Below, piece by piece: positions 26,970-34,938 of a stretch of 64,000 nt of DNA. Made by a program: the position numbers and the translations under genes. This stretch comes from Bdellovibrionota bacterium (GTDB taxonomy: Bacteria > Bdellovibrionota_G > JALEGL01 > DATDPG01), in assembly GCA_963668355.1 (NCBI GenBank), contig OY764265.1, positions 2,240,001-2,304,000 of the forward strand. The letters are read 5' to 3'. The notes under the pieces are model-generated. The model was not told the origin of the DNA, did not search any database, and saw nothing but the letters and a program-made list of their open reading frames with translations. Every line of letters begins with the position of its first letter. Positions within the stretch are counted from its first letter, which is position 1.

Positions 26970-29066
26970 ATGTTGGAAACAAAAGGTTTAGATTCCATTT
27001 TTTATCCCAAATCGATCGCGGTCATTGGAGCCTCTCGAAAACGCGGCTCAGTGGGCGCAGAGCTTTTTCATAATCTTTTAAAAAATTCGTATCAGGGTGT
27101 GGTGTATCCGGTGAATCCTTCAGCCAAATTCGTTCAGGCTGTTCGTGCTTACCCTTCCATTCAATCCATTCCTGATCCTGTGGATTTGGCAATCATTGTG
27201 GTTCCCAAAAAGTTTGTTCTGAAAACGGTGGAAGACTGTGTGGAAAAGCAAGTCAAAGCCATTGTGATCATCAGTGCCGGATTCAAAGAGGTTGGCGAAG
27301 AAGGAGCCGAACTCGAACAAAAGATTTTCAAACTTTGTCGCGAAAAAGAAATCCGGCTGGTTGGGCCCAATTGCATGGGCGTGTTGAACACAGATCCAGA
27401 GGCATCCATGGATGCCACATTTGCGCCGACATATCCTCCTCACGGAAGTCTTTCTTTTTCTTCTCAGAGTGGAGCTCTGGGACATGGAATTTTGGAATAC
27501 GCCAAAGATTTGGGGATTGGGGTATCCAAGTTCATCAGTGTTGGAAACAAAGCCGACGTTTCGGCCAATGACCTGATTCAGTATTGGGCAGATGACGAAA
27601 TGACGAAGGTCATCCTGCTTTATCTGGAGTCATTCGGAAATTCTCGAAAATTTGTGGATCTGGCGCGACATGTGGGACGGAAGAAACCCATCGTTGCGGT
27701 TAAGAGTGGAAGGACCGCAACAGGGGCTCGGGCTGCGGCTTCACATACGGGGTCGTTGGCAAGTTCGGATGTGGTGGTTCAGGCTTTATTTCAACAGACA
27801 GGCGTCATTCGTGTGGATTCGGTCGAGGACTTGTTCGACGTGGCAATGCTGCTCTCGAATCAGCCCCTTCCCAAAGGGAGGAAAGTGGCCATCTTGACGA
27901 ATGCTGGAGGCCCAGGAATTTTGGCCGCGGACGCCTGCGAAAGCTGGGATTTAGAGGTCCCGAGTTTTTCGGAGAAAACGATAAAGGAGCTGAAGAAATT
28001 GGTTTCTGCCCAGGCGAGTATTGGAAATCCAATTGATTTAACAGCCAATGGTACTCCTGAGATTTTTGGAAAAGCGATTCCTTTGCTTTTGGAAGATCCA
28101 AATGTGGACTCTTTGATTGTCATTTATGTTCCTCCTTTAATCACGCGACCGAAAGATGTGGCCGACAAAATTGTGGAAGCGGTGGAAGGAACGGACAAAA
28201 CCGTCATTACGTGTTTCATGGGAAAGCATGGAGTTCCGGAAGGTCTCAAGAGACTCAAGAAAGGTCATATCCCATCTTTTATGTTTCCGGAGTCGGCGAT
28301 TGGGGCCTTGGGACGGGTGGCCGACCATGTGGATTGGCGAGCGAGAGAGGATGGAGAGGTTCAAGTCTTTGATGATTTCAATTTGGATGTCATTGAGAGA
28401 ATTTCCAAGAAAAGTGGATGGCTCCATCCGGTGGATGCATATGACTTGTTGGAAGCAGCCCGAATTCCCATTGAAAAGCCGGTCCATGTTTCTTCTTTGG
28501 AAGAGGCGGTTGAAAAATCCAAGCAGTTGGGTTTTCCGGTCGTTTTGAAGATTGATTCCAAGAAGATCCTTCATAAGAGCGATATGGGGGGGGTGGCTTT
28601 GCGCTTGATGGAAGAGGAGGAAGTGAAAGAGGCTGGAAAACAGATGTTGGATAAAGCTTCTGAAATGGGCGTTTCTCGTCAAGAAGTTGAAGGTTTCTAT
28701 CTCCAAAGAATGTTGGAGGGAGGAATTGAAGTCATCGTGGGGGCCAATCATGATGCGAAGTTTGGAATGCTCTTTATGTTTGGCTTGGGCGGCGTTCAGG
28801 TGGAATTGTTTAAGGATGTCGCGTTTCGCCTACATCCTTTAACCGATCAAGATGTCAAGGACATGATTGAAGAGGTTCGGGGCGTTAAATTGCTCAAAGG
28901 GTATCGAGGCAGTCCGCCTTCGGATATTCAAGGCATTGAGTTGGTGATTCAGCGTTTGGGACATTTAGCCAAATTGATGCCGAATCTTCGAGAATTTGAT
29001 TTGAATCCGATTCGTGTTTTTCCGGAAGGCTTGAAAGCCATCGATTGCCGAATCCGCCTAGCTTAG
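26970..29066 (+). CDS. Acetate-CoA ligase (ADP-forming) family, fused alpha/beta
   Basis: IAVIGAS, GPNCMG, SQSGALG, AASHTG, NPIDL, HKSDMGGV, DLNP. Confidence 0.9.
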   Translation: MLETKGLDSIFYPKSIAVIGASRKRGSVGAELFHNLLKNSYQGVVYPVNPSAKFVQAVRAYPSIQSIPDPVDLAIIVVPKKFVLKTVEDCVEKQVKAIVIISAGFKEVGEEGAELEQKIFKLCREKEIRLVGPNCMGVLNTDPEASMDATFAPTYPPHGSLSFSSQSGALGHGILEYAKDLGIGVSKFISVGNKADVSANDLIQYWADDEMTKVILLYLESFGNSRKFVDLARHVGRKKPIVAVKSGRTATGARAAASHTGSLASSDVVVQALFQQTGVIRVDSVEDLFDVAMLLSNQPLPKGRKVAILTNAGGPGILAADACESWDLEVPSFSEKTIKELKKLVSAQASIGNPIDLTANGTPEIFGKAIPLLLEDPNVDSLIVIYVPPLITRPKDVADKIVEAVEGTDKTVITCFMGKHGVPEGLKRLKKGHIPSFMFPESAIGALGRVADHVDWRAREDGEVQVFDDFNLDVIERISKKSGWLHPVDAYDLLEAARIPIEKPVHVSSLEEAVEKSKQLGFPVVLKIDSKKILHKSDMGGVALRLMEEEEVKEAGKQMLDKASEMGVSRQEVEGFYLQRMLEGGIEVIVGANHDAKFGMLFMFGLGGVQVELFKDVAFRLHPLTDQDVKDMIEEVRGVKLLKGYRGSPPSDIQGIELVIQRLGHLAKLMPNLREFDLNPIRVFPEGLKAIDCRIRLA

Positions 29067-29091
29067 CTTTTGGAAAAAGAGCAAGTCATTC

Positions 29092-29300
29092 GAAGACGTA
29101 ATCGCTCTCAAATTCTGTAGCTCCGGGTTTCGGTTCCTCGATTCGTTACGGTCACTGTCGGCGGGGCCCCTCGTTGTCCGCCCCGCAATCACCCCCCAAG
29201 AGGGGTGCTGCGGGTCGTCTCCGTTTCCCCTTCCTCACGTTCCCGAGACGAATCGGTCACCTACACAGTCGCTTCAGAATTTGAGAGCGATTACGTCTTC
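29092..29300. mobile_element. MITE-like non-coding element with 26-bp perfect terminal inverted repeats
   Basis: GAAGACGTAATCGCTCTCAAATTCTG (29092-29117) / CAGAATTTGAGAGCGATTACGTCTTC (29275-29300); nested internal hairpins; no ORF. Confidence 0.55.
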
Positions 29301-29346
29301 TGATCGATTCAGCACATTCCTACTTTGCGAAGTGGAAATGGGAGAA

Positions 29347-29445
29347 GACAAGTTCTGAGCGAAAGCGTGTGGGGGGGGGCCGGAACGCAAAGCGTTCCGG
29401 GGGGGAGGTTCCCTCCCCCGAGGTATCGCTTTCGTCCAGAACTTG
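29347..29445 (+). repeat. 99-nt G-rich structured repeat 'R2', copy 2
   Basis: Matches 7610-7708 with two compensatory base-pair swaps. Confidence 0.85.
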
Positions 29446-29518
29446 GCTTTGAGCGTTTCCGCTTTGCTAAATCAGAGCCTTAGTGCGCCTGAATCTGTTT
29501 CATTGAGAAAATATTTTT

Positions 29519-30862
29519 TTAATTGCAGACTTCGTATCGGGCTTCGATCAATGATCCTACGTCTCCGGCTGCGCTGGCGGCGATTGTGAAACGGCGAGAG
29601 TCTAGAACTTTTACGTATGACATGACATCGTCTCCATCCACGGTGACTTCTAGCGTTCCGGAGCACGCTGGGGATGACAGGTCGAAGACCGTAATGAGCG
29701 TGGTCTGCTGAGAAAGATTCGTCCCCAATTCGGTAAAGGCTTGGTTGAATGCGGCCTGATCGCTTGAGAGCGTGATGTCGACAAAGTCGCCTCCGGAATC
29801 TTCAACCAATTCAGAGTAACCATAGGGGTATTCATTCTCGCCGTTGGGAATAAAGGTTTCAGAGTTCACATAACCTACGACGGCTGAAACGAAAGGACTC
29901 AAACCCTGAGACACCAACATGTCTCCCAGAATGAGGTCGGGGGTTCGTGTGAGGTTTCCATTCACGTCGGAATAAAAATCAAATCGTCCACCCATTTCCA
30001 TACATTCCGCGTCATATGTTGAGGCGGGACCGGCAGGGTCAAATGAGGAAACGCCCATATCGATCAATGTCTGCCGCGCACTTTCACATTCTCCTTCTGG
30101 TTCGAAGCGAGAAGTGGAAAGGTCATTTTCATCTGTGACGAAAATGGAGGCGATGGCGGCATTGTTTCGAAAACAACCCAGGTCACGATTGTTTTCGTAC
30201 GTGGTTTGTTCGTCCGTCGTTCCTTTGGGAAGAGAGCCAATGAAGCTTTTGTGGAAGGAATAGAGTCCTACCTCACCCCCATCGGTACACGTGCAACGTG
30301 TGTTGGGGTTGTCATCCGTACAATCATTCCCAGACTCTAACGTGCACACCGCTCCTTCGTCTTGGTCCGGCATGGAGTTATCACCGAAGGATTCCAGAAA
30401 TTTGGTTTGAATTTGAGCAGAGGTGAGAGATCCACTGCAAAGGCACTTGTTGTCATCTACAAAGTTTTTGGAATAAAGGTCTCCGGTTTCATCTCCTGCA
30501 ATGCCCCGAAGAATTCCTATGCAGTAGTCATCAATGCCGCGGGCTTCAAAGGTTCCCAAAAAATCTGAGAGGGCATTGGCCACAGCCACGCGTTCAGAGT
30601 CCATGGAGCCGGATGTGTCCGTGACAAACAAAATATCAACGGGCCGAATTGTGGGTAGAGGTTGCGTCCAGCGATTGATCAAGACGGTGCCTTCGGTGGT
30701 TCCTCCGCTGGAACTTCCGCCGGAAGAAGAGCCTCCTTCTTCAACCACATCGGGAGGGTTTTCTCCGGGGGTTCGTGCAAAAAGTCCCAAACTGGATTGG
30801 TCGCATCCAGCCAAGAGAAAGAGGGAAATAAGTCCTAGGAAAAAGGGTCGATGATGTTTCAT
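29519..30862 (-). CDS. Lipoprotein with a vWA/MIDAS-like domain
   Basis: Lipobox LAGC, Gly/Ser linker, VDILFVTDTSGSM (DxSxS), IFVTDEND; alternative start 30877. Confidence 0.75.
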   Translation of the reverse strand: MKHHRPFFLGLISLFLLAGCDQSSLGLFARTPGENPPDVVEEGGSSSGGSSSGGTTEGTVLINRWTQPLPTIRPVDILFVTDTSGSMDSERVAVANALSDFLGTFEARGIDDYCIGILRGIAGDETGDLYSKNFVDDNKCLCSGSLTSAQIQTKFLESFGDNSMPDQDEGAVCTLESGNDCTDDNPNTRCTCTDGGEVGLYSFHKSFIGSLPKGTTDEQTTYENNRDLGCFRNNAAIASIFVTDENDLSTSRFEPEGECESARQTLIDMGVSSFDPAGPASTYDAECMEMGGRFDFYSDVNGNLTRTPDLILGDMLVSQGLSPFVSAVVGYVNSETFIPNGENEYPYGYSELVEDSGGDFVDITLSSDQAAFNQAFTELGTNLSQQTTLITVFDLSSPACSGTLEVTVDGDDVMSYVKVLDSRRFTIAASAAGDVGSLIEARYEVCN

Positions 30863-30898
30863 GCTTTGGCCTCTCATATTTACTTCGTGGGAATCATC

Positions 30899-30940
30899 TG
30901 CAAAATTTCTACCGGTCGAATGGTAGGTAAGTAATTGATT
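30899..30940 (-). promoter_or_regulatory. Sigma-54-like promoter with an upstream IHF-like site
   Basis: CCGG-TAGAAATTTT-GCA (GG-N10-GC, 30899-30915) and AATCAATTACTTA (WATCAANNNNTTR, 30928-30940). Confidence 0.5.
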
Positions 30941-31135
30941 TTACTTTTCTTTCTGATCTCCTATTAAGGATCATGACCTCAAGGGCTGACATATATCACG
31001 GATCAGAGGCCTTTTTGGGACTAAATTAAAATTTCACATAAAAACAAGCACTTATAAGTTCTCTTTCGCCGCAGCGTGGCTGCATTTTTTGCAGGCCTTT
31101 TCCTATGCGGACATGAGCGGTAAGGTCTTAAAATC

Positions 31136-31666
31136 ATGACCAAATGGCTTTCAAATTGGCTTTCGAATCTTCAATCTTCCAATCATCTTAGAAATCCCAA
31201 CTTAAGTCCCACACTGAAAAAAGTGGAATCTCATTTGGAAGGTTATCCTGAGGAGCGGCGCGTTTTTTTGGCGGCCTCGGCGCTCTTGATGGGGCGGATT
31301 GCCTATGCGGATTCCGATTTTTCTTCCGAAGAAAAAGAGCGGCTCAAGGAAATCCTAGAGCAGGAGTTGCGATTGGATTCGGAAACCGCCGGTCATGTGG
31401 CCAGTTTGACAAAGGAACTCATTGAAGAAGGACACGCAGAAAACCACATTATTTTCCGGCAATTGAAGAAAACTTCGGATCGCTCCGAACAGATTCAACT
31501 TTTGCGTTGTCTGTTGGCGATGGCCAGCGAGGATGACATCACGCAAATTGAAGATATGGAGATTCGAAAAGTCGCGGATGCCTTGGGGTTCACGCATCGG
31601 GAGTATATTGATCTTCGTTCGGAATACCGGGAATTCTTATCGGTATTGAAAGCTAAGTCTTCTTGA
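31136..31666 (+). CDS. TerB-family (tellurite resistance/DjlA N-terminal-like) protein
   Basis: IAYADSDFSSEE and MASEDDITQIEDMEIRKVADALG. Confidence 0.75.
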   Translation: MTKWLSNWLSNLQSSNHLRNPNLSPTLKKVESHLEGYPEERRVFLAASALLMGRIAYADSDFSSEEKERLKEILEQELRLDSETAGHVASLTKELIEEGHAENHIIFRQLKKTSDRSEQIQLLRCLLAMASEDDITQIEDMEIRKVADALGFTHREYIDLRSEYREFLSVLKAKSS

Positions 31667-32228
31667 ATGAAAGGTCGTATTGGATTTCCATCACAGCGCA
31701 CCATTGGTCCAAGAGTCGACGAATGCGCTCCCGAGCTTTCTCTTGAAGCTCCGCGGTAAGGATCTCTTTTCGAACATGGTCTTTGATTTTTCGAAACGTT
31801 GAGTTGCGGTCTTCCACGGAGATTCGATTTAAAAAAGAATCTTTTTCGTACAAGGTTCGAATCTCTGCATCCAAAGACAGGATCTGAGGTGGAGGGAGGA
31901 CGATGGTTCCCTTGGATCGAGCGCGATCAAAATGAATGTCAGCCAAATGCGTATCTACACCCACCAAAGCCGATCCTTGAACGATGAGGAGGCTTTTTTG
32001 TGTGGTCAATGGAATGGGAATGTTCGCAATTTTGAGGTGATCTTTGTTGGCTTCATAAAACTGAGAAATGTGTACTTCTAATACGCCCAATTTGAGTGCT
32101 TCTTTGACAATGAAGCTTAAGTTTACCGAGGTTGGTTTTTGATCATGGGTAGGCGTTCGGTAAAGCCAGCTCATGGTGAGAAGCAAGGTGACGAAGATGA
32201 TCGTAAGGTAGGTGAGGGCTTTTTTCAT
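31653..32228 (-). CDS. DUF4230-like membrane-anchored protein
   Basis: N-terminal TM segment; LLIVQGSALVGVD; IVLPPPQILS. Confidence 0.65.
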   Translation of the reverse strand: MKKALTYLTIIFVTLLLTMSWLYRTPTHDQKPTSVNLSFIVKEALKLGVLEVHISQFYEANKDHLKIANIPIPLTTQKSLLIVQGSALVGVDTHLADIHFDRARSKGTIVLPPPQILSLDAEIRTLYEKDSFLNRISVEDRNSTFRKIKDHVRKEILTAELQEKARERIRRLLDQWCAVMEIQYDLSFKKT

Positions 32229-32278
32229 GGGCCTGTGGGGATTGTATCATGGGGAGGATTCATGTAGGAAGGCCCACC

Positions 32279-32893
32279 ATGAACTTAGAATTTTCCCAAA
32301 AAGCCATGGAGAAAATCTTACACTTTTTGAAGGAGTCTCAAGAGCCTTGCGCACTTCGAATTGTGGCCAATCACATCGAAGGTGAAAAGTATGGGTTCAA
32401 GTTTGAATTAGAGCCACTTAGCGCACATCGTCCGGAGGATGTGGTTGTAGAGAAAGAGGGCGTCACGGTACGATTGGATGGGACGTCGGCAAAAAACGTT
32501 GAAGGTGGACGGGTGGATTGGTTGGATGAATCGAATCCCGGATTTACAGTTTTGAATCTCTCTGCACCCAAGGTGGCAGAAAGTTCAGAAGAATTGGAAG
32601 TTCAAGTCTACGATGCGATTAAAACCATTTTCGATCCGGAAATTCCGAGTGTGAATATCCATGATTTGGGGTTGATTTATGGAGTTTCGGTGGACGATGC
32701 CAAGAATGTCAAAGTGGTCATGACATTGACGGCACCCAATTGTCCAGCAGCAGAACAATTGCCCGCTGAGGTCAAAACGAACGTTGAGAAAATTCCAGGT
32801 GTGAAATCCGCAGAAGTGAAAATCACCTTCGATCCGGCTTGGACTCCGGAAAGAATGAGTGAGGCTGCCAAGCTCACACTCAATCTATTGTAA
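32279..32893 (+). CDS. Fe-S maturation protein: degenerate HesB/A-type carrier domain fused to DUF59/SufT
   Basis: IscA-like N-terminal half lacking the Cys motifs; C-terminal DPEIP...DLGLIY...MTLTAPNCP...FDPAWTPERMS. Confidence 0.8.
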   Translation: MNLEFSQKAMEKILHFLKESQEPCALRIVANHIEGEKYGFKFELEPLSAHRPEDVVVEKEGVTVRLDGTSAKNVEGGRVDWLDESNPGFTVLNLSAPKVAESSEELEVQVYDAIKTIFDPEIPSVNIHDLGLIYGVSVDDAKNVKVVMTLTAPNCPAAEQLPAEVKTNVEKIPGVKSAEVKITFDPAWTPERMSEAAKLTLNLL

Positions 32894-32917
32894 AACGCCC
32901 TTTGTTTTCCAGCGCAC

Positions 32918-33916
32918 CTAGTGCGCAAAATCAATGAGCTTCTGAATGAGTTTTTCATAGCTCCATCCGTCTGCTTTTGCGGACAAAGCAAAATCTTCAT
33001 CTTTTCCGATGGCAGGGTTTGGGTTGGCTTCCAAGACGACAATTTCTCCGTTGTCGCGCAATCTCAAATCAATTCGGGCGATGGTATCCAAATTGAGGCC
33101 GTTAAAGGTTCTTTTGCAGATTCGCTGGATTTTTTTGAGGGTTTCTTGGTCCAGAGATTTGGCTGGGCCTGTTTTGATTCCCCATCGTTTTCGATAAGAC
33201 TCGTTCCACTTCGCATAGTACGTCGCGAATTTGGGTGTTCCCTCCGGAACTTTGGTGAAGAAAAGCTCTCTCGGGGGAAAAACGTGAAGTCTTTTTTGTC
33301 CCAATACGCCGACATAGAGTTCTCGTCCTTCGATGTATTCCTCGACAATCGCGTTGCATTTTAAGCTTTCATGAATGTAGCGGACCCGATCTAAGGCCCC
33401 GTCTTCATTTTCAGAAAATGAATCTTGGGAAATTCCATCGGAACCCTCCTGACCCAGGGGCTTCACAAAGGCCGGATACACGAAGCGTCTTAAGGTCCGG
33501 ATGGGCGTTTTTTTGTTGGATATGACAAATCGTGGAACACGGATGTGATGATAGGCCAGGATTTTTTTGCTTAGACCCTTGTTTTTGCAAAGCATGAGGG
33601 CACCGGGCCTTACACCTGTGTATGGAATGTTCATGAGGCGCAATACCCCTGCAATGAGGGGTTCAAAGGAACGTTCGTTGGAAAAGGACTCGATGAGGTT
33701 AAAGACCAGGTCGGGTTTGAAATGGTCGATCGCCTGAATGAGCGTACGAATATTGTCAAATAACCCAAACGGAATGACTTCGTGCCCGAGTTTGTCGAGC
33801 GTGTTGATGAGTTGGCGTTCAGTGGCCCAATCATCGGTTTTAAGATCGGCGGAAAAATCTTGATCTGCCGGGGGAGGGCTTGCCAAGTCAAACAAAAGTA
33901 AGATTCTCTTTTTCAT
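32918..33916 (-). CDS. D-Ala-D-Ala-ligase-like ATP-grasp enzyme
   Basis: IPYTG, FVKP, GSDGI, EEYIEGRE, RIDLR, LEANPNP; lacks the Ddl GGxSxE N-terminus. Confidence 0.85.
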   Translation of the reverse strand: MKKRILLLFDLASPPPADQDFSADLKTDDWATERQLINTLDKLGHEVIPFGLFDNIRTLIQAIDHFKPDLVFNLIESFSNERSFEPLIAGVLRLMNIPYTGVRPGALMLCKNKGLSKKILAYHHIRVPRFVISNKKTPIRTLRRFVYPAFVKPLGQEGSDGISQDSFSENEDGALDRVRYIHESLKCNAIVEEYIEGRELYVGVLGQKRLHVFPPRELFFTKVPEGTPKFATYYAKWNESYRKRWGIKTGPAKSLDQETLKKIQRICKRTFNGLNLDTIARIDLRLRDNGEIVVLEANPNPAIGKDEDFALSAKADGWSYEKLIQKLIDFAH

Positions 33917-34938
33917 ACCGGCCTTTCAAATCTGCCTGTGAGCAGGTTTGTGGTTACAAGGCTAGTAAGAAGAACCGTGACCTCCAGTCTGGTTTGATTC
34001 GGGGTTTTTTCCAATCTCAGTTTTAAGATTTGTGAGCGGTCAATTAAAGCTTTCAGAAGCCGGTTGATGTTTACTTTCCGTTCGCGCGTCCATTTGTGGA
34101 TGGCGGAGACAATTTCTTTCCGTTCCCGGCGCAGAAACTTGGAGGCCAATTCCAGAGAAGTGTCGGAAGAATTTCCTGAAAAAATTTTCTTCAAATCTCC
34201 ATCGTAAAAATCGGGATATTCGTAAGCATATTCTTTTCGCTTTTTTTGATAGTGAGTTTTCAGTTTGGAGCGCAGCGTTTTTAAAGGGTATTCCTCTTTC
34301 CGAACTAGTTTCCTTGGAACGACTCCGGCATTTTTCTTCATCATTTCATCGATGTATTTGAGCTTTTTTAATGCTGGCCAGCCACGGTACCGATCTTCCC
34401 ACTTGGAATCCGGATCAAGCCAAACGGCAAATGTTTCCGCAAAATCCTCATCTGGATGGGATTGGGCATACCAGCGGTCCAAATGGATCACATAGCTTTT
34501 GCTGTAAGGGCGCGGATGAAATCGGTCGGGTTCATATTCTTCTCTGGGGTCGCCAAACAACTCCCTAAAGCGCTTGGTTCGGTCAAATCGAAACGCATGG
34601 CAAATGGCATGTCCGGTTTCGTGTCGGAGCAACTTTAAACATTCTTCGGGGGTGCCTCCCTCGACCTCCAGGATCATCTCCTTCTCCAGTTTTTTGAGTC
34701 GAGGATGGGCCAAGTAAAAGGGAAGGGCGATGGACGCCCAACCTTCGGGCGAAAACCATTCGTCTGAAAGATAGCAATGGGGTCTAAATCCTATTCTTCG
34801 TTCTTCGATTTCTTGGAAAAGCCGATTGACCAAGGGGTTGAGTTCGCTTTTTTCAATGCTCACACCGAGGTCGGATAGACGAACCTCCAAAAGTTCTTCA
34901 TTCGATGCGTTTGCCCATTTCGGTTCGGTTTCTTTCAT
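33913..34938 (-). CDS. Putative zinc-binding metallopeptidase
   Basis: HETGH (HExxH) plus YAQSHPDEDFAETFAVW. Confidence 0.8.
   Translation of the reverse strand: MKETEPKWANASNEELLEVRLSDLGVSIEKSELNPLVNRLFQEIEERRIGFRPHCYLSDEWFSPEGWASIALPFYLAHPRLKKLEKEMILEVEGGTPEECLKLLRHETGHAICHAFRFDRTKRFRELFGDPREEYEPDRFHPRPYSKSYVIHLDRWYAQSHPDEDFAETFAVWLDPDSKWEDRYRGWPALKKLKYIDEMMKKNAGVVPRKLVRKEEYPLKTLRSKLKTHYQKKRKEYAYEYPDFYDGDLKKIFSGNSSDTSLELASKFLRRERKEIVSAIHKWTRERKVNINRLLKALIDRSQILKLRLEKTPNQTRLEVTVLLTSLVTTNLLTGRFERPV

Noticed and set aside
26970..29066. Pat/PatZ protein acetyltransferase acting with the nearby deacetylase
   Set aside because: No GNAT domain, and the catalytic His (SHTG) is kept, favouring an acyl-CoA synthetase.
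29153..29167. CACTGTCGG inside the MITE-like element resembling the R1 loop (reverse strand)
   Set aside because: Only a 9-nt match without the R1 ends or arms; compatible with chance.
31077..31093. Sigma-54 promoter upstream of the TerB-like gene
   Set aside because: GG and GC are 11 nt apart rather than the required 10.
32918..33916. Housekeeping ddl or VanA-type resistance ligase
   Set aside because: Lacks the N-terminal Ddl motif and has no mur or van gene context.
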